In this document: positions 1 to 11,580 of the stretch, piece after piece
Layout: every line of letters starts with the position of its first letter
Position numbering within the stretch: position 1 is the first letter of the stretch
NCBI RefSeq assembly: GCF_001194135.2
Contig: NC_069001.1
Location: 8,347,680-8,411,679, forward strand
Direction of reading: 5' to 3'
Length of the DNA stretch: 64,000 nucleotides
Source of the DNA: Octopus bimaculoides
Taxonomy: Eukaryota
Program-made: the position numbers and the translations under genes
Notes under the pieces: model-generated
Database searches by the model: none
The model's input: only the letters and a program-made list of their open reading frames with translations
What the model was told of the DNA's origin: nothing

Positions 1-35
1 ATATATAAATGACATTTTTATGCATGTGTTCATGG

Positions 36-92
<57 letters not shown>

Positions 93-974
93 CATATGTA
101 TATATATCTGAATGATACACATGTGCACAAACACACACATAAAAATGCCGTTTATCTAATCTGTGAGTAATTGAAATATCTACATTACTTGGCAAACTAA
201 TAGTAGCCAGTCTTGATTTATGTTTTAATAAAAAAAAAAAGAGAAGCCAAACAGTATCCCTCTTAGTAAATTTCCTGCAACGTTCTTAAGATAACTACAG
301 TTGGTGTGAGACAGGAAGCTGGAGAAGTGGGTATGGGCATTAATGTTAATCTGGAGTATGTTGGATGCTGTTTTATGCAGTGAGCTATCTTTCTCATATT
401 GATGCTGATGTGAACTAATGGTTAGAAGGTTCTAGTAACAGTGATTGCTGAGAGAATTATTATTATCATTATTATTATTACTTTTTCTACATCAAGGGGT
501 TCATTTAACATCAGCTTGTATGTGTTTTCTTTATTTGCCTTGTTACGATGTTGAAGACTGGGTGTTAGAATTTGCATGTACCAAATTAGTCGTTAAGCAC
601 ATTGTGTTAGTTAATTCCCTGTAGTTTAGCAACATTGTTTTTAAAAAATGGTCTGTTTGGTTATTGCACTAACTAGGATAATTTCTTTTTTCTTTTCTGT
701 CAGAAGATATTTCATGCGGGAGATATAAAATATTTCAGCCAATCTCTGTATATGTGTGCATATGTGTGTGTGCATGCCTACTTTCTCATCAGTCTTGTTA
801 AATAGCCCTTCTCTACTAAGTTATACTCAGTTATATGGCAAACCCCATGTTTCAAAGAGAGTAGACCAAACAAGACATTGCATCAACATTTTTAGCCATG
901 TTCAACCATCTTTATTGTAAGAAGTATTGGTTCTAGCACTTAGGACTGAGACCATTTATTCTAACACCTAGATA

Positions 975-1190
975 TTAACCCTTTAGCATTTAAACTGGCC
1001 ATATCGAGCCCAAATATTCTACCTATTAAATGTTCAAACCAGCCAGACCCAGCCTCTTACACCTACCCTATGATGTCATTCTGTAAAAAATATTGTTACA
1101 TCATTGAAATTTTATAGCTGCATGATAATACATGATGAAAACAAAATAATATAAATGAATAAGTGTTACATTAGACAAGACAATAAGCTG
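975..1190. mobile_element. Same piggyBac-like MITE family, right end degenerate
   Basis: ttaaccctttagcatttaaactggccatatc...cccaaatattctacct matches the start of 45065. Confidence 0.65.
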
Positions 1191-1299
1191 CTGGTTGTGG
1201 AATATTTGGGTAGTACTGTGAGCAAGTCAAAGAACTTTGTTAATTATCTCAATTATTGCTCATACATACTTAAGCATTTTGCTCTCTGCAGAGTATAGG

Positions 1300-1620
1300 G
1301 TGGTTGATGACTTTTCTCCACATTTCTCGACTTTGGACTGTCATCTCCCAGGTCTTGTTGATTTTGAATTGTCATCTATATTTCTGTAATTTGAATTTTT
1401 TCTAGGTAGGGTTGTTGGCTGTGCACAAATCCATTTTTACCTCTGCTATGTGGTGGTCCATATCAGTTTGGCCTCTGTTCTGTGGCCTGTTCAGCATGGT
1501 GGCCCCCACCAGGAGCTTGCATTCCACCAGCATAGTCTTCAGGGTCATTGAGGCACATGAGCCACTATACTGCAGCAAGGACTGGGTGGTGTGGTGGCAC
1601 TGATTACTCTGGTCCCTATT
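1300..1620 (-). mobile_element. Possible RTE-clade LINE 5' region remnant
   Basis: Minus strand ctcatgtgcctcaatgaccctgaagactatgctggtgg...gctcctggt...gccaacaaccctacct resembles RTE 5' ends as I recall them; no ORF. Confidence 0.3.
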
Positions 1621-2387
1621 TTAAGGTATAGTGAGATAAGGTGTATAATGGTTGAGTGTCTCATGAATCTGATAGAGAAAGGACATTATAGAGGCAGTGT
1701 TGGTATGTGGTTGGACATGTTAGGCAGTAGTAAGGTGCATAATAAATACAACAGTTTTAGTAGTAGGGATGTAGGAGTGTTACAGTGGGAGGATGTACAT
1801 GTTCAGTAGAGAGATAATCATGCAGTAGAAAAACAGTACTGAGATATGCTATGTGTGCAGTGTGACAGTGGTGTAGGAGACAGAGAGAGAATGGTGCAGT
1901 AGTGGAGTGTATCAGAGGTGCAAAGTGACAGTGTAAGGCAATAGTGGGGTGTCACAGGTATAGTGTGATAATAATGGTAGTAGTAGTAGTAGTTGTTGTA
2001 GAGAGGCAGTTGTAGGATGTGGTATTAGTGTAGTGGAGGTAGTATTGTATTGAATGGTGCAGTAGAGAGAAGTAAGCAAGAAGGCCACCATTTTGAAGTA
2101 GACAAATTAATTAATGAAGAGGAAGCTAATTGAATTCGATAGCTTAGTGTTGCAAAATTTTTGCTTTGTTTAATTAACGACTTCCAGGTGCATTTTATAG
2201 ACTTTTGTTAAACCTTCATGTATATGCAATGAGAATCGAATATTATGATTCTACTCTCACTACATACACGTGTGCACTGTCTTTGACACGAAATTGGTCA
2301 TATTATGAAAGGACGGCACCTGATAAAAGTTTGGAAGGATAGGTTAATGGTTCATCTGTTTGAACTTTGTAGAAGAAAAGAAAGAAC

Positions 2388-2525
2388 GCAGGTATGGCTG
2401 TGTGATTAAGAAGCTTGCTTTGCAACTATATGGCTTTAAGAGTTCGATTCCACTGTACTGCTCCTTGGGCCAGTGCCTTCTATCATATCCTCAGGTTGAT
2501 TAAACCTCATGAGTGAAATTTTGTA
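2388..2525 (+). mobile_element. tRNA-headed, CORE-like SINE; related copies at about 20030-20200, 54735-54900 (+) and 18250-18390, 47180-47280 (-)
   Basis: Shared ggctgtgtg.ttaagaagcttgctt...ttcgattccactg...ccttgggc.agtg.cttcta...ccttgtgagtg. Confidence 0.55.
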
Positions 2526-3720
2526 AACCCTATGGTCAATGAGTTAACACTTTCACAGATGCTGCTGTTGTTTGTAAGCCCTGTTGTCAGTAATTAACTC
2601 TTTCCCGGTTCACAACTTTTGGCAGCTCTAGATAAAGGTGACTACTATGTAGAGCTCCATTCTGATAGTTGCAGATACCACCTTGTCACAGCTATTATTA
2701 CACACAGCTCTATTCTGATAGACTGTAATACTACCCCAATCCCTATTGGGTTTTCAGTGATTAACCCTTTCATGATCCATAGTTAATTGGTTACCAGTCA
2801 GTTAAGGTATCTTACAACATTGGACAATGGAGTATCAATAGATAGCAAATATGTCAAGTTGATAGAATGTTTTCCTTCTTTTAATGTCTGTTTTCCATGC
2901 TGGTTTGGACTGAACAGTTTGACAGGAGCCAGAGGACTGTATCAAGCCCCAATGTCTGCTGTGCATTGGTTTCTTTTGGATACTGAACAAGGAATTAGCA
3001 TTCAATAAGGTACTGAATAATGGAGTACCTGCCTATAGGGTACTGAAGTAGCTTATCTATCAATAGGGTACTAAACAATGGGTTGCCAGTCAATCATCTG
3101 AGAGGTTGGAAGTACATATCCTGTCACTGGTGCTTTGTTGTGTATATGACTAAGATATTTGGCTGTAAATAGGCTCTACAACATAAGAACAGTGACAATA
3201 TGTGTGTTTATCTGAGTTCATCTGCTTCTGTGGAGGTTGTAGCATGCTGAGCTCAATTCTTGCTGAGTTCTACTTGTGCTGTGTGTGGTTGTAGGAACTA
3301 AAAGAGGTTAGGGCTCTATTGGTCTAATGTAGAAGCTCATAGGAGATTGATCGACCAATAATGGATACTGCTGGCCATGAGAAGTCTAAAATATCTGACA
3401 GTAAGATCTTGGATGCCTCATTTCTGTCTAAATTTCCAAGCAGTAAATCTGTGGTTCAATGGTCAAGATTAAGTTAGATTGTTTGGAGAGGGGAAATGAG
3501 GAAGAGCCAAGTGAAGAAATATTTCTCTGATATTCACCTCTTAGAAAATGAGAAAATCTTGTGAATCAAGGTTTTTATGGAAAATATTTTTGTGAGACAA
3601 GGATTACTGTGTTTAATCTTGTTCCATTCACATGTATTAGGCTGATTAACAGGGAATGATGGATGACTCATTAGTAGAATGCTTAACTAAATCAGGGATA
3701 ATTAAAAACTGGTTCTTAGT

Positions 3721-3969
3721 TCAAATCGTACTGGAGTTAAGCTGTTTGTATCTTTCACTAATGTTGTTGTTGTGGAGGTGTATGTGTGCTTTTATTTGGG
3801 GTTGGTGGATGGGGGTTCCAGGTTGGTTGCACTTCAGCAGACTTACAGCAGAAAGGCAGACATTCCAGCTAAACAACCACTGATCCAAAATCTTGGATGT
3901 AAGTATACATGTAAAGTGGCTTGCTTTTGCAAAATTTCCTTGTATGATTTGGAATTTAGCTGTAGCCAT
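3721..3969 (-). mobile_element. Possible decayed non-LTR retrotransposon APE endonuclease fragment
   Basis: ORF text IIQGNFA...CNQPGTPIHQP..AHIHL echoes the GDFNA / N.G.PTH / IDL endonuclease motifs, heavily degenerate. Confidence 0.35.
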
Positions 3970-4096
3970 CCTTCATATCTGAATTCCGAGCCTGTCTGTC
4001 TAAACCATGTTGAACCAATTTTGAAAGACAATCATATGGTTTCTTAATGAAGAATTGAGTGTAAAATGAAGTAGGTAATACATCTATCTGTCTGTC

Positions 4097-4143
<47 letters not shown>

Positions 4144-6713
4144 GCTCCAAAAGGTAAATCTCTGTCCAAACTATTTTTGATTTAGCACTACTTTGCTGGT
4201 CCTTGAGTGCTTTTCAGTGGTATACCTAACATAGTATCTGGTCTATCCTCACTTCCTAGTCCTTGATTGCTTTGAGGTAGAATGCCTGGCATGCCACCCA
4301 GTTTAACACAGCTACATAGTGCTTAGGTGTGTTGGATGGTAGGTTTAATGTCACTCAGTTTAACACTGCTACCTTGTCTTGGGTGTCTTATAACATGTTG
4401 CATGAATTAGCATCTTAGGTGTCTTTAGTAGAGTTCACCCTGTTGTAAGCTGTCAAGCCAGATCCACAATTTCCTTCCCCCCTGTATTCAAATCTCTTAC
4501 AAACATTACACTGACACTTCAATCTCTCTAATCTGTGAAGGCCTACAAAATGTCAAGCGCATTACCCTCTTCCTTTCCCAATGAATTAGATCCTGCATAT
4601 GGTCCCTGATTTATCTACTTAGTCTCTTCAATCTTCTCACATCTATCAAGATCATATTGGATATTATTTTACAGATCTGCGCCATTCAGTCAGCCAGTAC
4701 TTTTGGTTTCTTTAGTGTTGAGCAGATGTATGACAAAATTTCTTCAGGCATGGCAGCTAGCTTTTTATATTTCTCTGCAAGCAGAATTGAACTCAGTGCA
4801 GTAAACCAACAAAATAGCAGTCAATTTTATACAGTATTGCTACTGATTTAAAGCAGCTATTGCTACTGGTTTGAACCAGCTACGAGAAAGAAAAACCCTG
4901 TCTCACTGAGATCACATGCTACTGTTTAAGAGAAAAAGGACACAGTGGATAATATAGTTCTGGATACACTATGTCTGAATAAAAATATGGTTAGATAGTC
5001 TTTGATCATATATCTGCTGAATTAGAGTTGATTAGGGGCTAAACAATGATAAAGAAGGATACATTAGATTATGTAGTACTAGATATGCCTGAATGAAGGA
5101 CATGTTGATCATAGCTAAAATGTCTTTTATCATATGTTTACTGGAATAGGGCTGACTTTGGACTGAACATTGCACTATATCTGTAATGAACCCACTTCTA
5201 CCTATTCATCAACCTAGAAATAGCAACCAAATCTTCCTTCAAACAAGCTTATTGTTTAAAAAAAGCAAAAAAAAAAAAAAAAAANNNNNNNNNNAAAAAA
5301 AGTCACATCAGATAATGTGGTCTAATATGTGGTCTCTCTAAATAAAGATCATGAGTGGAATGTCCCTGGTCATACATCTGTTAGATTAATGGCAATCTGA
5401 GGCTAAGTAATACCAACTATTTAGTTTCATACTATAGTTGACTTGTAAGCAGTTAGAATCTTGGCCTCATCATGTACCAAGTTACACTTTTATACTGCAT
5501 GACATTGGATTTGAGATCTTTTTTAAGTGAAATTTGCAATAAAAGTTACAGGGCTAACTTGTTCAACCCCTTCTCCCTGCATAGATTTCACCTCTCCTTT
5601 TTTTTCTTTCTTTTTTCTATATAATTTCTTTTTTTTTTTGCTTTTAACTGTTAAGGAATCCCTACATAATTCATTGTAATCCCTATTTGAGCAGTGAGGT
5701 AAAATTAATGAGCCTCAGGAGCTTCGATTCCTCCTTTTCATTAGAGAAAACCAGAGCAAAAATAATCCTCTTCTCCTTCCCCTTACTCTTGACTCTTCAA
5801 CATTGATTCTCTTTTATTCATTCATTTGTTTTCATCAACCACTTAACTCTCTTCTCTCTCTTACTTTCTCTCTCTCTCTCTTTATTTTCCTTTTTTCTCT
5901 CCTTTCTCCTGTTCTCTTTAAAACCAAATGTAATGTTTTCTAATTCCTTTCTCCATCTGACAACCTGCCCTCCACCCGCCCCATTCTTGTTAATCTGTTC
6001 TTCGTCATCCTCCTCAATCTCCTTACACCCATACCAAATTTAATTATCTCCTTATCCATCTCTCCTTTCTTTTCTTTCTCTGTCTCTTTACTTTCCTCCC
6101 TCCTCCCTTTATCCCTCAATCCCTGTTTCTACTCCCATTCTTCTTTATTTAAACTCTTTTTTTACTTTCTTTTTTATATTTCTATTTAATTCAGAAGAAA
6201 CCATTGAATTTTTTTAGCTTCCAAATTTTCCTCTCCCACATTTTTATTTATCTCTCTTTTTTTTTTTAAGGTAAAATTTGCCCCACTAGAATTTTTCTAG
6301 GTTGTTCTCTAGTACGATAGAAATATTTCAAAATTTTTTCTTTGAAAAAAGTCATATGAAAACCATTTAAATGCTTTTGCTCTCTATTTGAGTATATTTG
6401 TGTGTGTGTGTGATAATTTGTAAGTAGTTACATAAACAAAAATGAGAATATTTAATATGTTGGGTAGATTGAATATATTCATTATAATAGTGTAGATAAT
6501 ATTACTTTTCTTTGGTTTCAAGTTTTTTACTAAGTTGACCTTTCTTCAAATGGATGTGAATTGACTTGATGATTTCTTTTCTCAAATAATGATTTTATTT
6601 AAGTGTTCTCCATCTCGGGTACCATGTTATTAATTTCTGTTGAGGTATATGCATGGTAAAATGTGTCAGTAGAAGAGGATGTTGAATAACAGGTCTGGAC
6701 ACACACTTGAACA

Positions 6714-6753
<40 letters not shown>

Positions 6754-7826
6754 TATGCATGCATGTATACATGTGATGTTTGTATTATGATACATATAGG
6801 TTGTTTTGCACCACAGTGTGAGAGTTTCAAAGATTGAATGTGCTAATCCTAATATAGTGTTTGATATGTGGCATTGATTTCAGTGGGGTCAGAAGCCTGT
6901 GGATGTGAAAGTGTGAAATGTAAAATATGAAAAGTGAAAGTTCAGTATATTGTAAAATTTTTGTTTTTGGTTTCTGTTATGCAATTGAAGAAATCAGCTT
7001 GGAGGAATTTGTTGATATGTCTGCATTTGGTGAACATTTCAGGTCTTGAGGTCATTTAAAATAAACACACACACAGATACACACAAAACCTTACCATGAC
7101 ATGGGTACAAATATTGAAATCATTAGTGTATGGTTTATTTTGGTTTAGCTTATCCCAAAAGACGTGCAGTTTGTTAATTTTCTTGTCTTTTAGTTTCCTT
7201 AAAGAGCTTGAAAGGTCTGTGGCATCACTCTTTGCTATGTTTCATATATTTGAAGCATGGTCATTATAGTGGTTTTTGAAATTGCCCAGTATTATCTTTA
7301 GGAGAATAGATTGCTGCTTTTCTTTCATTTCTGTTTGAGGGAAGGGGGCATAACTTTATTTTTGCATATGCACCCTGTATTATTTTTTGGAGAATTTATA
7401 AATTATTTAGATATTTTTAATGTTGGTTTTGCAGCTGTAACTGATTTTCATTGTGTTATGATCGAATAACTTCTGGTTCATGTGCTTTAATGAAAACTGT
7501 GTGCAAATGAGGGCTAAAATAATTTTTTCCTATTTTGATTTTGACATTTTGATGTACATACACACGCATATACGCACACACAATAGTAAGGGCATGATGG
7601 ATAGTGCCTATCACCTTAGAAGATCCTTCTAAAGTGAACATCTGTAGATCAATGTCTGATGCATGTGTGCGTGTGTGTGTATTGATATATATATAGATAA
7701 ATTGTGTGTATCTGATATCCTGTTAATTGCCATACATTAAATATTGTCTGTCTTCTTGATCTCCTATTGTTCTCCTCCCACCTCCTTTGTCTCTTCTCTT
7801 CCCTCTCTGTATTATGACATCTATGG

Positions 7827-7833
7827 TACTAAC
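7827..7833 (+). promoter_or_regulatory. Perfect TACTAAC branch-point consensus upstream of acidic exon A
   Basis: Exact TACTAAC after a pyrimidine-rich stretch; downstream AGs at 7850-51, 7877-78 and 7898-99. Confidence 0.45.
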
Positions 7834-7899
7834 TAAACCTGGCTTGTTTAGAAATGTCTATTCGCTGCCCCTTGTCAGCTGTTGTTTGGCTTTTTCCAG

Positions 7900-8002
7900 T
7901 GACTTACCAGATGACCACGAAGTGTATAACAAAGAAACACAAGATGATAATCAGCAGATATATGAGGATTTGTGCTCGCTTAAACGCAAATCCACTTCAC
8001 AG
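7900..8002 (+). CDS. vav: Vav acidic-region exon, copy A: (S)[34 protein letters not shown]
   Basis: ttttccag acceptor, CAG|gtaaaa donor, 103 nt, phase 2 in and 0 out; contains IYEDL as around Vav1 Y174. Confidence 0.88.
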
Positions 8003-10448
8003 GTAAAAAAAAAAAAAAAAAAAAAAAGGAAATAATAATAATTGTTGTGCCAAATCAGTCAGTCACTGAAGTGTTTTTTTTTTGTTTTTTATTATTTTTT
8101 TTGGGCCTTGAAGCATGTTTGTTATTAATTCAGTTGTCTTTCTTTTTTTCTTTTCTTTGTTTAAACAAATATTTAATATTTCTTGCTTTCTATGTACAAA
8201 TGTATGTGTGTGTGTGTATATATATATATATATTACATGTATATATGCAAATGCATGCACATATGCATAAGCCCACACCAATATGTATATATATATATAT
8301 ATGTATATATATAGGTATGCATATCTTTATATACATACTCTTTTATAGCCCCTTTCTGATTTAATTTAATTTTCTTTTATGTTATTTTTCTTAATCTTAG
8401 AAGAATTTATATTATTTTGGAAGAAATGTTTTTAATTTATTTCTCTTCCAAGTACAAATATTTTCAAATGTAATGTTATTTCATTGGAATTTAGTATTTT
8501 CTTTTCTTTTCTTCTATTTTTTTTTGTAATTTTCTAAGGGGGGAATGTGTTTTTTTTGTTTGTTCTCTTTCTAATTGAATTTTAATTTCTTACTGAAAAT
8601 GTCTAAGTAGCTTCCAACTTGTATATGGTGTTACTTGTATCCAATCATGTTGCTAAACTTTAATACAGGTAGGTTAGAATGAGTTAACAACAAAATGGAT
8701 TTATCAGGAAAAAAAAAATCTCTATTACATAAAATAAACTAAATAATGTTCTGCTTAAATAATGTAGCATGTGGTTTTAACAGTGTACTTATTCTGATAA
8801 CTGATTTTCCTCATGGTTTATCTTTATCTAGAATGATTTTATGTGATATACAAATATTGCCTTTTTTTTTTAATTTTTTTTTTAATATATAAGATATTTT
8901 CAGAATATTTTCATTTCATTTTTCTTTTTATAAAAGGTATCAATTCTGATAATATATGGATAATCTCTCTCTTTTTCTCTCTCTCAATGATAATATCTAG
9001 TAACATTCCATCTGTCTATAAACCCTTGGTCATACCCTCTCATCTTTAACATATCTTGTGTGTGTGTATATATACATACATGTATACTTAAGTGTGAATG
9101 AGGAAGTACTCTATACCAAAATGTAGTTATATTAAAGAAAAGAAGAAAAAGAAAGAAACAAAGGTGACAAGCTGGCAGAATCATTACTGCACCGGACAAA
9201 AAGCTCAGCAGTATTTCTTCCAGTTCTCTACATTCACAGCTCAAATGCTGTTGTGGTTTACTTTGTGTTTCATCCTTTCAGGGTTGATAAAATAAAATGC
9301 TAGTTGAGCACTTGAGTTTGATGTAATCATTTGGTGCCCTTTCCCCAAATTCCAGGCCTTGTGCATATACTAGAAAGAATTGTTAACTGGGAGCTAAAAT
9401 GTCACTTATAGAAAAAAAGAGAAGCAACAAACTCAGAGTAGCGATTTCTAATAAATGATTCCCCCCCCCCCCNNNNNNNNNNNNNNNNNNGTGATATACA
9501 CCCTTCTCTGTATTAGTGCTCTATTCTATATAATCAAATGTAATTGAAGATCAAGGCCCAAGAAAAGAAAAGGGAAAAAAGGTGGTATTTTAGATTGGTG
9601 TGAGTAGATGAGCCTTTCATTAGACTTGGCAATCTGTTATATCTTCTCTGATGAAAAACTTGAGCCCCAAATGTTACACATTTCCTTTCAGCATAGTCCC
9701 CATGGCAATGAAATGTAACTCATTTTCTGTTTCTTACTTTATGGCATTATCACCCTATCTCCTCATTCCAAATGTATCATATTAGCTATGGTCTCATTTG
9801 TTTCACTCTAAAACATCTCAGAAACAAACAAAACAGATGCACACACATGCAATATGTTCTAAGTTCTGTATTATACAAATTCCTCAGTATTTTCCAAACC
9901 TAATCTGAATTCGGTTATTGTTACCATTCTTCCAACTAAAGAATTTTTATAAATATAGTCATTATGTTTCTAATTTGCTGAAATGTCTTAAGTACTTTGT
10001 CATGTTTGTAGCAATTCAAATTTCCAGAATTATGAATCCTATTATTTGCTTTTATTAGTTTTCACTCTAAATAGTTTTCTGTTCAGGGTTCTTGTGTTCC
10101 TATTTATAGCTGCTGGCTCAGTTTAAGGGATGGCCTCTTTCTCCTCAGAAATGTTAAGCACTTTGGAAATGAAAGTTATGAAAATGTGTAACAATTCAGA
10201 TCAAAGGTAGATGATGAAAGTCATCAACAGTAGAATACATATGACATGGAATTAAGTTTTCATTATAGATGTGTAGCTAAGAAGCTTGTTTTGTAACCAC
10301 AGGGCTTCAGAATTAGAGGATCTGTACAAAGATTTGGGGCAAGACATCTATCCATACAGGTGATACTGCTGTTTACAACAGACATGACATAACAACAGTC
10401 ATAGTCAAGTTGTTTCCATGACTGACACCTTAGAATCTGTGTGTGTGT

Positions 10449-10479
<31 letters not shown>

Positions 10480-11526
10480 GTATTGATGAATGAATAAAGA
10501 ATTATTGTGATTAAACTGAGACGAAGTCAGTTCTTTCGCCGATGCAGCCAGTCTTTGGAACAAGAGCCCTGAGAAGGGATTGATCTTAGACTGTTTGGGT
10601 TGAAAGGTCATGATCTGTGTATGTGTTGTGTCAGAGACCCTTTGATAAATGCTTCAAACTACTGATGTATTTTCAAATCTCTTCCTTCTCACCATGTCAG
10701 CTGTTCAGTTTTGTTTAGTAGACACCCTCAGTAAATGTTTGCTAGTGTTGATACATAACCTGTATTACTAAGGTGAAAGCAAACTAATTATGGAGGGCAC
10801 ATGTCAAGAGGCCATTTAATGTCCTCTACCTCACAGTAATTAGGTGTGAGCCCTACAATCACAAGTACCTTGTATTTTGTCTAATTATCTTTGACTGTGA
10901 GCTTCTTTGTTCAGTTTATAATTGATAGGTGAGTTCTTTAGCCCACTGATTTACAAGTTCATCACTGAAGTTCTTGTGTAGAAGAAGAAGAGGTGGTCAC
11001 ATTGTATGCATTTGGATTGGGCTATGTTGGGGACTGGTATCTGGGTTTCTGGCTGGGAGGAGCAGAAGGTATTGTAGTAGTGATACAAGAGACATAGAGA
11101 GGACACTGCTCATTGATGAGCTAGTGCTTGTTACATGTTGATGGGTGATGGTCCCGCCTATTAGTTAGATGAACTGCCACACCTTGATGTAGTCGAATGT
11201 TACCTTATCAGACATGCACATATATAGAAAAGCATACACACATAAATATATAACACTTCATGCAAATAGATATACACACTTTGCATATACATGTAGATAT
11301 ATACACCTTGCATGCATGCATACACGCACACAAATTCATATGCACACATGCACATCTACAATTACTTTTCACAACCTTCATCCAGTATAAACATGACCAA
11401 AGATATTCCTAGGCTCAGAGGAAGGACAAGCATTCATATGCCACTTGTTCAAACATTCAATTGCACACACACACACGCACACGCACACGCACACTCACTC
11501 ACTCACTCACTCACTCACTCACTCAC

Positions 11527-11580
<54 letters not shown>

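Noticed and set aside
6604-6618. 15-nt phase 2-2 microexon candidate upstream of exon A
   Set aside because: AAG acceptor and weak gtacca donor; no supporting context.
1-7899. Upstream CH-domain exons of Vav
   Set aside because: No AG/GT-bounded segment with CH-like sequence found by eye; they probably lie before the window.
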